Shown here piece after piece: positions 21,403-29,974 of a DNA stretch of 64,000 nucleotides. Made by a program: the position numbers and the translations under genes. Origin of the DNA: Nannocystis bainbridge (lineage in GTDB: Bacteria > Myxococcota_A > Polyangia > Nannocystales > Nannocystaceae). The stretch covers positions 928,001-992,000 of the forward strand of contig NZ_JAQNDL010000003.1 in NCBI RefSeq assembly GCF_028368995.1, in the 5' to 3' direction. Each line of letters begins with the position of its first letter. Position 1 is the first letter of the stretch. The notes below the pieces were generated by a model. The model was not told the origin of the DNA, made no database searches, and saw only the letters and a list, made by a program, of their open reading frames with translations.

Positions 21403-22521
21403 ATGAGCTCGATCGGCCGTCCGCGCTCGCTGCTGCGCCGGGTCGTGCAGAACATCGACTGGGTGCTCGTCACCCTCGTCGGCGGCATCATCGCGCTCGC
21501 GCTGATCAACCTCAACAGCGCCGGCAGCGGCGACTGGAGCGGCAAGATCCAGGTCCAGATGCGCTGGCTCGGCCTCGGCACGATCGCCGCCGTCATCGTC
21601 GCCACCCTCGACTACCGCGTCCTGCACCGCATGGCCTACGCCGCCTACCTCGGCGGCCTCGGCCTGCTCGGCCTCGTCCCGCTGATCGGCGTCATGCGCA
21701 ACGACGCCCGCCGCTGGCTCGAGCTCGGCGACTACCAGTTCCAGCCCTCGGAGCTGATGAAGATCCTCCTGATCTCCGCGCTCGCGCGCTACCTCAGCGA
21801 TCGGCCGAGCAAGGCCCCGCGCAAGGTCCGGCACCTCATCGTCCCGTTCATCATGTTCCTCGTGCCGGTGGCGCTGATCGTCAATCAGCCCGACCTCAGC
21901 ACCGGCATCATCTGCAGCCTGGTCGCGCTGACGATCCTCGCCCTGACCGAGCTCAGCCTCAAGAGCATCCTCGCCCTCATGACCACGGGCGTCACCCTGT
22001 TCATGCTCGGCTGGGCCTTCTTCATGCACAAGTACCAGCGCTCGCGCATCGACGTGTGGCTCAACCCCGAGGCCTACGCCGACGACGAGGGTTATCAGAC
22101 CATCCAGGCCATGATCGGCGTCGGCAACGGCGGCTTCTTCGGCCGCGGCGTCCGCCAGGGCACCCAGAACACCCTCGATTTCCTGCCCTACGGCGACACC
22201 GACTTCCCGTTCGCCGTCTACGCCGAGGAGTGGGGCTTCCTCGGCGCCGCCACCGTCCTGATCATGTTCGTCGCCCTGGTGCTGTGGGGCCTCGGCCTCG
22301 CCTCCCAGGCCCGCGACCGCTTCGGCGCCCTGCTGTGCGTCGGCGTCTCGTCGCTGTTCTTCTTCCACCTCATCATCAACGTCGGCATGGTCCTGCAGCT
22401 CCTGCCCGTCACCGGCATCACGATCCCCTTCTTCAGCGTCGGCGGCTCCAACGCCCTGGCGATGATGCTCGGCATCGGCATCCTCATGAGCGTCAGCCGC
22501 TCGCGACACCAGCGCGGCTGA
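21403..22521 (+). CDS. rodA: Rod shape-determining protein RodA (SEDS family)
   Basis: ARRWL, FQPSELMK, QPDLST, GYQTIQA, TDFPFAVYAEEWG, LPVTGITIPFFSVGGS. Confidence 0.95.
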   Translation: MSSIGRPRSLLRRVVQNIDWVLVTLVGGIIALALINLNSAGSGDWSGKIQVQMRWLGLGTIAAVIVATLDYRVLHRMAYAAYLGGLGLLGLVPLIGVMRNDARRWLELGDYQFQPSELMKILLISALARYLSDRPSKAPRKVRHLIVPFIMFLVPVALIVNQPDLSTGIICSLVALTILALTELSLKSILALMTTGVTLFMLGWAFFMHKYQRSRIDVWLNPEAYADDEGYQTIQAMIGVGNGGFFGRGVRQGTQNTLDFLPYGDTDFPFAVYAEEWGFLGAATVLIMFVALVLWGLGLASQARDRFGALLCVGVSSLFFFHLIINVGMVLQLLPVTGITIPFFSVGGSNALAMMLGIGILMSVSRSRHQRG

Positions 22522-22587
22522 CCGCTGCTTGTCCCTTCCGGGGTCGCGGCGCCGCGACTCGACCCGAGGGACATGTCCTTCGGGCCA

Positions 22588-22955
22588 TCATGTCTCGCAC
22601 CCAGTGTCGCTGATCTCGCTGCAGTAGATGACGATGGTGCCGTCTTCTGCCAGTTCGGCGCCCTCGAGGTCGGCCAGGTAGCAGATAGACTCGTACTCGA
22701 TGCATCGGTCGAGGGCCTTCGCGTCGCACCTGGACGGGTAAGCGAGCACGCCGCGCAGCTCTCGGGGATCGGCTCGCAACCGCGGCAGTTGCAATTCGGG
22801 TCGTCGCCGGTCGACAGGGTACAGAACTCCCCCCCGGCGCACGAATCGCAGGGATTCGCCCCTCCGGCTGCGATCGCCGAGGGGCCTCTTCGACCCGGAC
22901 AACCTGGGATCAGCACGGCGAGCAGCGCGACGATCGAGATCCGGCAAATCAACAT
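22588..22955 (-). pseudogene. Probable frameshifted Cys-rich lipoprotein
   Basis: One frame gives a signal peptide/lipobox (MLICRISIVALLAVLIPGC...CEPIPESCAAC). A Cys/acidic C-terminus (...CDAKALDRCIEYESIC...GCET*) continues in another frame from about 22745. Confidence 0.45.
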
Positions 22956-23320
22956 AACCCCCCCAGACTACACAGACGCGCGCAGCGAAGACAGTCAAGG
23001 ACGGCGACCCGGGCCACGCCTTGTCACCAGCGGTCGTTACGCCAGTAAGTCGTGTCCTTCGTGGACGACGTAGCGTCCGCCGCTCGCTACACCAGCGCGG
23101 CCGACCGCTCCTGACGCCCTGGCTCGCCCGCCGCCCCGCGGCACACCGTGCTCGCGGCCTCGGTCCACCCGACGCCGACCTCCCGCACAGCCCTCCGACC
23201 GCGCAGAACGACGCCCCACGCGGCAGCGCCCGGTCGCTTTTTAAAAGCGAAATCAACCTGTCCCCGGGGACATCCCCGCGAAATTGGCGCTCCCTCCTCG
23301 CAGCGAGTACACCCCTGCCC

Positions 23321-24133
23321 ATGCTCCCCCGCCTCGCCTTCGCCGCCTTGCTCGTCAGCGCCTGCACCGCCCCCGACGCTCCGCAGGCCGCACCGCCGGC
23401 GACCCCGCGCGCCGAGGCGCCTGCGCCCGCGCCCGAGTCGCCGAAGACGCTCGGCGCCGCGTTCGAGCAGCCGGGAGATCCGCGCCAGCAGATCGATCGA
23501 CTCACCGTCTGGGGTTGGTCCCGCGACGGCCGCTATTTCGCGTTCGAGACCTTCGACGCCGGCCCGGGCGCTGCCACCTGCGAGGGCGCGGCGCGGCTGT
23601 TCGTGGTCGACGCCGACAGCGACACCTTCGTGCCCGACGGCGTCGTCGAGGTCCGCCCCAACAGCCCTGACGCCCAGCCGTGCGACCCGCCCGACCTGCG
23701 GGCCGCCCTGGCACCCAAGCGCACCGCCCTGCTGCAGAAGCACGGCATCGAGGTCGGCCACCTGCTGGCCCCCACCGAGCCGAAGCCGGCCGCCGCCGCG
23801 CGTCCCGGCGCCAAGACGTACTCGATCGCCCTGCCGCCCGCTCGGGAGGCGCTCGCCACGATCGAGGTCCTCGGCGGCGACCGCGAGCACGCCCACGAGG
23901 GCAAGGGCGCCGCCTTCAAGCTCGCGCTCGAGCTCGCCGATCACACCGCGCTTCAGCTCGAGCCCGGCGTGCGGCGGCGGCCTTACATCTGGAACTACGA
24001 CCTCGACCGCGGCCTCGTGTTCACCAGCCCCGACGGCACGCACATGGCGGTCCTCACCGCCACCACCGAGCTGAGCTTCGAGGGCGACCGCACCTCGTGG
24101 ATGACGAACGCGTTCCGCCTGCCGCCCGCTTGA
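23321..24133 (+). CDS. Lipoprotein, DUF2259-like
   Basis: Lipobox LVSAC; WGWSRDGRYFAFE resembles the DUF2259 N-terminus. Confidence 0.65.
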   Translation: MLPRLAFAALLVSACTAPDAPQAAPPATPRAEAPAPAPESPKTLGAAFEQPGDPRQQIDRLTVWGWSRDGRYFAFETFDAGPGAATCEGAARLFVVDADSDTFVPDGVVEVRPNSPDAQPCDPPDLRAALAPKRTALLQKHGIEVGHLLAPTEPKPAAAARPGAKTYSIALPPAREALATIEVLGGDREHAHEGKGAAFKLALELADHTALQLEPGVRRRPYIWNYDLDRGLVFTSPDGTHMAVLTATTELSFEGDRTSWMTNAFRLPPA

Positions 24134-24294
24134 GCGAATCATACGACCGCGGGAATGATCCTACCCGCCGGTTGCTCGCCTGATTCGGCCCCGTTCGCCC
24201 GCCCGGGCCAATCATGCCAGTCGGCCGGAGCACGGCGGCTCGCTCGTCTCGACGAGCGAAGCGCGGGTGCTATCGCTGCGGCGGAGGCCCGGCC

Positions 24295-26190
24295 ATGCAT
24301 CGCCTCGTCCCGCTCGCCGCCATCACCGTCGCCCTGCTCTCCTGCAGCTTCAGCTATCGTTCGGGCAGCACCCCGCAGTCGGAGCCCGGGCGGCCGACGG
24401 CGGGCAAGCCCGCCAGACCGTCCCGGGGCAAGCCTGCGCGGCCGGTGAGCAGCACCACCAAGCCCGCCGAACCGGTCGCCCGCCGGCCCACCACCACCTC
24501 GCCGAAGCCACCGACCCGCCCGGTCGAGTCGATCACCGCCGCCGACCGCGTGTTCTTCGGCGGCCCCGTGATCACCATGCGCGTCGACGATGCCGGCAAC
24601 CCGATCGTCGCCGAGGCCCTCGCCGTGCGCGACGGCGAGATCGTCGCTGTCGGCGACCGCACCGAAGTCTTTAAAAAGTTCGCCGACGCCGACACGGAGC
24701 GCATCGACCTCGCCGGCAAGGCCCTGTTGCCCGGCTTCATCGACGGCCACGGCCACCTCGCCGCCGTCGCCGAGCGCAGCGACCAGGTCCAGCTGGGCGC
24801 GCCGCCGATCGGCGGCGTGCGATCGATCGCCGATGTCCAGCGGCTCCTGCGCGCCGACATCAAGCAGCGCAAGCTCGCCGGCGGGCAATGGGTCCTCGGC
24901 TGGAACTACGACGATTCACGGCTCCGCGAGGCGCGGGCGCCCACGCGCGCCGACCTCGACGCCGTCTCGACCATGCACCCGATCGCCGTCTTTCACGCCT
25001 CGGGGTTAGTCGCCGTCGTCAACACCGCGGCGCTGCGCCAGCTCGGGATCGACGCTGCCACCGCCGACCCGGCCGGCGGGCAGATCGTGCGTCAGCCGCG
25101 GTCGCGCGAGCCGAGCGGCGTGCTCGCGGACAGCGCCGTCTTCCTCGTCACGCGCGCCCTGCCGCGGCAGGACGACGACGAACGGGCCGCGCAGCTCGTC
25201 CAGGCCGAGCGGCAGTATGCGCGCCGCGGCTTCACCACCGTGCAGACCGGCGTCGCCTCGCCCGACGAGCTCGACGCCTTGCGCCGGCTGGCCCGCGCCG
25301 ACAAGCACGAGGTCGACCTCGTCGCCTATCCGGTCGTCGCCAGCATGGCCGACGCCGAGCGCCTCGTCGGTCAGCGCTTCGGCGCCTGGGAGCGCGGCCT
25401 CAAGCTCGGCGGCATCGAGCTCGTGCTCGACGGCCCGCTGTTCGCGCGCGCCGCCTGGCTCAGCGCCGCCTACACGTCGCTGCCCCCCGGCAAGCCTCGC
25501 GGCTGGCGCGGCGCGGCCCGCATGCCCGCGACCGACGTCGAGCAGATCCTCGAGCTCGCGGTCGACCAGGGCTGGCAGGTCCTCGCCCACGCCGACGGCG
25601 ACGCCGCGGCCGAGCAGTACCTCGACGCCTGGGAGCGCGCGCTCGAGGGCCGCCGCGTGATCGAGCGCCGGCCCGTCCTGCTGCGCGCCCAGACCGTGCG
25701 CGAGGACCAGCTCGATCGCCTGCGCGAGCTCGGCATGGTGCCCTCGTTCGCCAGCGCCGAGCTGTTCTACTGGGGCGACTGGTACCGCGACACCGCGCTC
25801 GGCCCGGCCCGCGCCGCGCGGCTCGACCCGGCCCAGTCGGCGCTCGCGCGCGGCCTGCTGTTCACCCTGCAGACCGACGCCCCGACGGTCCCCGCCGACC
25901 CGATGCTGCTGCTCGCCAGCGCCGTCGGCCGCACCACCCGCAGCGGCAAGGTCCTCGGCCCGACCCAGCGGATCCCCGTGTTCGACGGCCTGCGCGGCCT
26001 CACCAGCAGCGGCGCCCACCAGAGCTTCGACAGCGAGCGCAAGGGCGAGCTCGTCGTCGGCCGCGCCGCCGACCTCGTGATCTTGGGCCGCAACCCGCTG
26101 ACCGTGCGCACGGACGAGCTCCGGTCCCTGCGCGCCCTCGCCACCTACCGCCGGGGCGCCCCGGTCTTCCAGGCCCGGCCGCCGCGCTGA
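24295..26190 (+). CDS. Amidohydrolase-3 (YtcJ-like) lipoprotein
   Basis: Lipobox LLSC and Pro-rich linker; DLAGKALLPGFIDGHGH, HADGD, KGELVVGRAADLVIL. Confidence 0.88.
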   Translation: MHRLVPLAAITVALLSCSFSYRSGSTPQSEPGRPTAGKPARPSRGKPARPVSSTTKPAEPVARRPTTTSPKPPTRPVESITAADRVFFGGPVITMRVDDAGNPIVAEALAVRDGEIVAVGDRTEVFKKFADADTERIDLAGKALLPGFIDGHGHLAAVAERSDQVQLGAPPIGGVRSIADVQRLLRADIKQRKLAGGQWVLGWNYDDSRLREARAPTRADLDAVSTMHPIAVFHASGLVAVVNTAALRQLGIDAATADPAGGQIVRQPRSREPSGVLADSAVFLVTRALPRQDDDERAAQLVQAERQYARRGFTTVQTGVASPDELDALRRLARADKHEVDLVAYPVVASMADAERLVGQRFGAWERGLKLGGIELVLDGPLFARAAWLSAAYTSLPPGKPRGWRGAARMPATDVEQILELAVDQGWQVLAHADGDAAAEQYLDAWERALEGRRVIERRPVLLRAQTVREDQLDRLRELGMVPSFASAELFYWGDWYRDTALGPARAARLDPAQSALARGLLFTLQTDAPTVPADPMLLLASAVGRTTRSGKVLGPTQRIPVFDGLRGLTSSGAHQSFDSERKGELVVGRAADLVILGRNPLTVRTDELRSLRALATYRRGAPVFQARPPR

Positions 26191-26205
26191 CAGCCCGAAG
26201 ATTTT

Positions 26206-26327
26206 TCAAATGTCCCTTGAGACATGCTCCCACGAACATGTCCTCTACGACATTTCCTGTTCAACATGTCCTCACAGACATGTCTTGTCCAGCGCTCTGT
26301 CTCGGACATGTCCCGCAAGACATGCCC
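26206..26327. repeat. 14-bp-period palindromic array, about 9 units, between convergent genes
   Basis: Centres at 26209, 26223, 26237, 26251, 26265, 26279, (26293 degenerate), 26307, 26321. Confidence 0.92.
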
Positions 26328-26336
26328 GACCAGCCT

Positions 26337-26714
26337 CTACCCTGCCAGCAGCCGCCCGATCCGCGACCCCAGCGCCACCATCAGCGCCCCGCCGCCGACG
26401 TGCAGCCCCAGCTGCCACGCCAGCGGCGCCCAGCGGGCCTCGCCGGCCAGCTCGACCGTCAGCAGCGCGAACGAGCTGTAGGTCGTGAACCCGCCGAGCA
26501 GCCCCGCCACCGCGATCGCCCGCGCCGGGCCTTGCGGCAGGATTGGCGCCAGCACCCCGATCGCCAGGCAGCCGATCAGGTTGACCGCCAGCGTGCCCGC
26601 GTACGGCAGCGTCGCCTCGGCCCAGCGGTCGACCCGCAGGGCCAGCACGAACCGCAGGCACACCCCGCAGCCGCCGGCCGCGAACAGCCCCGCCCACTGC
26701 CACGCGCTCGTCAT
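26337..26714 (-). CDS. crcB: Fluoride efflux channel FluC/CrcB
   Basis: GTLAVNLIGCLAIG and GLLGGFTTYSSF. Confidence 0.93.
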   Translation of the reverse strand: MTSAWQWAGLFAAGGCGVCLRFVLALRVDRWAEATLPYAGTLAVNLIGCLAIGVLAPILPQGPARAIAVAGLLGGFTTYSSFALLTVELAGEARWAPLAWQLGLHVGGGALMVALGSRIGRLLAG

Positions 26715-26716
26715 CC

Positions 26717-27835
26717 TCAGCCGGCCTTGCCGCTCGCGCCCACGGCCCCCGTCACCGACGCGCTGGCCTTGAACGACACGTTGATGCTGACCGACGCCGT
26801 CGCCACCGCCGACGCCGCCGCCGTCACGCACGCGATCGCTTGCTCGCCCGCGCCCTGCAGCTTGCCGCGCAGCTCGCCGCCGAGGCGGACCAGCGTCTGC
26901 ACCTCGCCGCCGATCTCCCGCCCCAGCTTGACCTGCGCCGCGATCAACACCGGCAGGTTGGCCGACAGCGACGCCACCAGCTTGCCCAGCGCCTGCGCCT
27001 CGCTCGAGGTCTTCACCGAGAGCTTCGGCTGCGAGCAGCGGGCCGAGAACTTCACGCTCGCCTCGCAGCTCGCCTTGCAGTCGGCGTCGACCTTCGGCGG
27101 CGTCACCCGGCCCTCGCACTTCGGCGCCTGCCAGGTGCCCTGGCACGACGCGTGGCACGTCGCGTCGCACTGGCCGGTGCACGTCCCCTCGCACTTGCCG
27201 GCGCAGCGGCCCTGCGCGTCCTTGACCGCGCACTCGCCCTGGCACTGGCCCGAGCAGCGGCCGTCGCACTGGCCCTTGCACGTGCCCTGGCAGCGGCCCG
27301 ACAGCTTGGCCGGCGTGCACTGGGCCACGATCTCGCCGGGGTCGACGTCGACCTTGCAGCGGCCGTCGCAGCGGGCCCGCGCCGACGCGTCGACGTCGCA
27401 CTTCGGCGGCGTGTAGTCGGCCTCGATCTTGACCCCGCCCTTCAGCATCCCCTGCACCCGGGCCGACACCGCCCCGCACGCCGCCTGCGACGCCGTCGAG
27501 TTCTGGTTCGGCTGCATCGCCGCCGGGTTGACGCCGATGTCGCCGCCGATCCTGCGGCAGGCGGAGGTGACCTCGCTGTCCCACTGCATCGCCAGCCGCT
27601 GCAGATCCTTGGCCGCCTGCACGAACGCCCCGACCTTGGCGTTGAGCTCGGCCTTGGCGGTGTACTTGACCCCGAGCGCGTCACCGCCGCTCGCCAGCGC
27701 CGGGCAGGCCACCGCGCCGGCGACGTTGGCGATGTTGGAGGTCGTCTGACCTGTCCCCGAGGACAGGAAGTTGCACGCGCCGGCGACGGCGGCCGCGGCG
27801 AAGATCACGAGGGCGGCCCGCGAGGTCTGCGACAT
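26717..27835 (-). CDS. Cys-rich myxobacterial-type lipoprotein
   Basis: Lipobox VAGAC; tandem CxGxC repeats flanked by helical regions. Confidence 0.8.
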   Translation of the reverse strand: MSQTSRAALVIFAAAAVAGACNFLSSGTGQTTSNIANVAGAVACPALASGGDALGVKYTAKAELNAKVGAFVQAAKDLQRLAMQWDSEVTSACRRIGGDIGVNPAAMQPNQNSTASQAACGAVSARVQGMLKGGVKIEADYTPPKCDVDASARARCDGRCKVDVDPGEIVAQCTPAKLSGRCQGTCKGQCDGRCSGQCQGECAVKDAQGRCAGKCEGTCTGQCDATCHASCQGTWQAPKCEGRVTPPKVDADCKASCEASVKFSARCSQPKLSVKTSSEAQALGKLVASLSANLPVLIAAQVKLGREIGGEVQTLVRLGGELRGKLQGAGEQAIACVTAAASAVATASVSINVSFKASASVTGAVGASGKAG

Positions 27836-27903
27836 GGCCGCGAGTGTCCCAGGTCGGCCCGAGCGGCGCAATCGCGCCGCCCTCGTTCACGGCGTTCCGC
27901 GGG

Positions 27904-28392
27904 TCAGCACGAGCCGACCGGGCAGCTGAAGCGCCCGCCGCCGCAGTCCGACGCCGCCACCGAGCTGCCGTCGGCCGCGGCGCAGCGGACATCGCAGTTG
28001 CCGACCGACTCGCAGGTGACCTCGCCGCTGACCATCACGACCTCGCAGTTCGAGAGGTTGCTGCAGTCGACCGCGCAGTCGGTCCCGCAGGCCACGTCGC
28101 AGTTGCTCACCGCATCGCAGTCGACCGAGCAGCCGTCGCCACACTCGAGGTCGCAGTTGGAGTTGTTGTGACACGACAGCTCGCAGAGGTCGCCGCAGCC
28201 GGCGTCGCAGTTGCTGACGTCGTGGCACTCGGCCGCGCAGCCCTCGGCGGGGCAATCGAGCAGGCAGTTGTCGCCGCCGCTGCAGCCGCAGGTCGTCCCG
28301 GCGCAGTAGCCCGGGGCCGGCGGCGGACCGCAAGAGCCGAGGGCCATCGACGAGACGAACAGGAACAGCCCGAGGAGCGACGTGCCGCGCAT
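27904..28392 (-). CDS. Small Cys-rich repeat lipoprotein
   Basis: Lipobox ALGSC; repeats of SNCDxxCGxxCxxxC. Confidence 0.75.
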   Translation of the reverse strand: MRGTSLLGLFLFVSSMALGSCGPPPAPGYCAGTTCGCSGGDNCLLDCPAEGCAAECHDVSNCDAGCGDLCELSCHNNSNCDLECGDGCSVDCDAVSNCDVACGTDCAVDCSNLSNCEVVMVSGEVTCESVGNCDVRCAAADGSSVAASDCGGGRFSCPVGSC

Positions 28393-28755
28393 GCGGCGGA
28401 CCCTACCACGACCGTTCCGGCGCGCACGCCCGGGTTCGCTCGCGTCGCGCCGGCCCCGCGTCGCCGCCAGCGTGCGCGCCGTGAGAGGCTCGCCGACCCG
28501 CTGCCGCCCGTGACCCCCGACCTGCTCGCCGGCCCGCTGCGGAGCGCCCTGAGCCACGCCGCGCGCGTGCGAGCCGGGCCGCCCGGACCCCGCGCCCCAC
28601 GGCGGCGACGAGGCCTGGAATCCGCCGCCGCGGCTCGCGATGCCCGCCGCTTGCACGACCCCGGCCCGGCCGCCACAGAGCCGGCGTCTCGCCGGTGATT
28701 CGCCGACATGTCCCTTCGGACATCTCGCCGATCGCCGACCTCAGGAGGTTCCACC

Positions 28756-29967
28756 ATGGCCCATCGGTTCGGGGTCGGCGCGCTCGCCGGCCTGATGTTC
28801 CCGCTCTCCGCCGCGCCCGCGGCCCACGCCGCCAGCTTCGCCGCGCCCGAGCCGTGGCTCGACGACTTCGGGGTCGCCGCGGGCTGGCGCGTCGAGAGGC
28901 ACCCGCGGCTGCTGGGCGACGTCGACGGCGACGGGCGCGACGACATCGTCGGCTTCGGCGAGCAGGGCGTCCTGGTCGCGCTGTCGAACGGCGACCGCTT
29001 CGGCGAGCCGGAGCCGTGGGTCGACAACTACTCCTACAGCAACGGCTGGCGGGTCGACAAACACCCGCGCTTCCTCGTCGACATGAACGCCGACGACAGG
29101 GCCGACATCGTCGGCTTCGGCGCCGGCGGGGTGTTCGTGTCGCTGTCGACCGGCAGCGCGTTCCTCCCGCCCAAGCTGTGGATCGATCAATTCACGATCA
29201 CCCGCGGCTGGCGGATCGATCGTCACCCGCGCTTCCTCGCCGATGTCGACGCCGACGACCGCCCCGACATCGTCGGCTTCGGCAACGGCGGCGTGCACGT
29301 CGCCCGCTCGACCGGCGCCGCGTTCGAGCCGTCCGCGCTGTGGCTCGACGATCTCGGCTACGAGCAGGGCTGGCGGGTCGATCGCAACCCGCGGCAGGTC
29401 GCCGATGTCGATGCCGACGGTCGCGCCGACGTCATCGGCTTCGGCGACGACGGGGTGTTCGTCGCCCGCGCGGCCGACGATCGCTTCACCGCGGCAGCGC
29501 TGTGGCTGACCGACTTCGGCAACGACCAGGGCTGGCGCCCCGACCAGCACCTCCGCCTGCTCGGCGACGTCGACGGCGACGACCGGCCCGACATCGTCGG
29601 CTTCGGCGCGAGCAGCACCCTGCTGTCCTTCGCGCGCAGCGGCCGGTTCACCGGGGCGACGCGGGCCCTCGACGAATTCGCCCCGGCTCAGGGCTGGCAG
29701 CTCGATCGCCACCCGCGGCTGCTCGGCGACATCGACGGCGACGGGCGGATCGACATCGTCGGCTTCGGCCAGTCGGCGGTGATCGTCGCCCCTTCGAAGC
29801 AGAACGACTTTCACGCGCCGACGCCGGTCCTCGCCGAGTTCACTTACGACCAGGGCTGGCGCGTCGGCGTGCACGTGCGCACCCTCGCCGACGTCGACGG
29901 CGACGGCCGGCGCGACATCGTCGGCTTCGGCGACGCCGGCGTGCTCGTCGCGCTCGCCGCGGACTGA
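28756..29967 (+). CDS. Secreted 7-bladed FG-GAP beta-propeller, PVL-lectin-like
   Basis: AGGAGG RBS and signal peptide; seven repeats of GWRxxxHPRxL(A/G)DVDGDGRxDIVGFG. Confidence 0.85.
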   Translation: MAHRFGVGALAGLMFPLSAAPAAHAASFAAPEPWLDDFGVAAGWRVERHPRLLGDVDGDGRDDIVGFGEQGVLVALSNGDRFGEPEPWVDNYSYSNGWRVDKHPRFLVDMNADDRADIVGFGAGGVFVSLSTGSAFLPPKLWIDQFTITRGWRIDRHPRFLADVDADDRPDIVGFGNGGVHVARSTGAAFEPSALWLDDLGYEQGWRVDRNPRQVADVDADGRADVIGFGDDGVFVARAADDRFTAAALWLTDFGNDQGWRPDQHLRLLGDVDGDDRPDIVGFGASSTLLSFARSGRFTGATRALDEFAPAQGWQLDRHPRLLGDIDGDGRIDIVGFGQSAVIVAPSKQNDFHAPTPVLAEFTYDQGWRVGVHVRTLADVDGDGRRDIVGFGDAGVLVALAAD

Positions 29968-29974
29968 ACCGCGC

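Noticed and set aside
26206-26327. 14-bp arrays as CRISPR arrays
   Set aside because: Spacers are only 4 nt, units are 14 bp and degenerate, and no cas genes are present.
26714-26800. Fluoride riboswitch upstream of crcB
   Set aside because: The upstream DNA is coding (2-bp gap) and I recognised no riboswitch motif.
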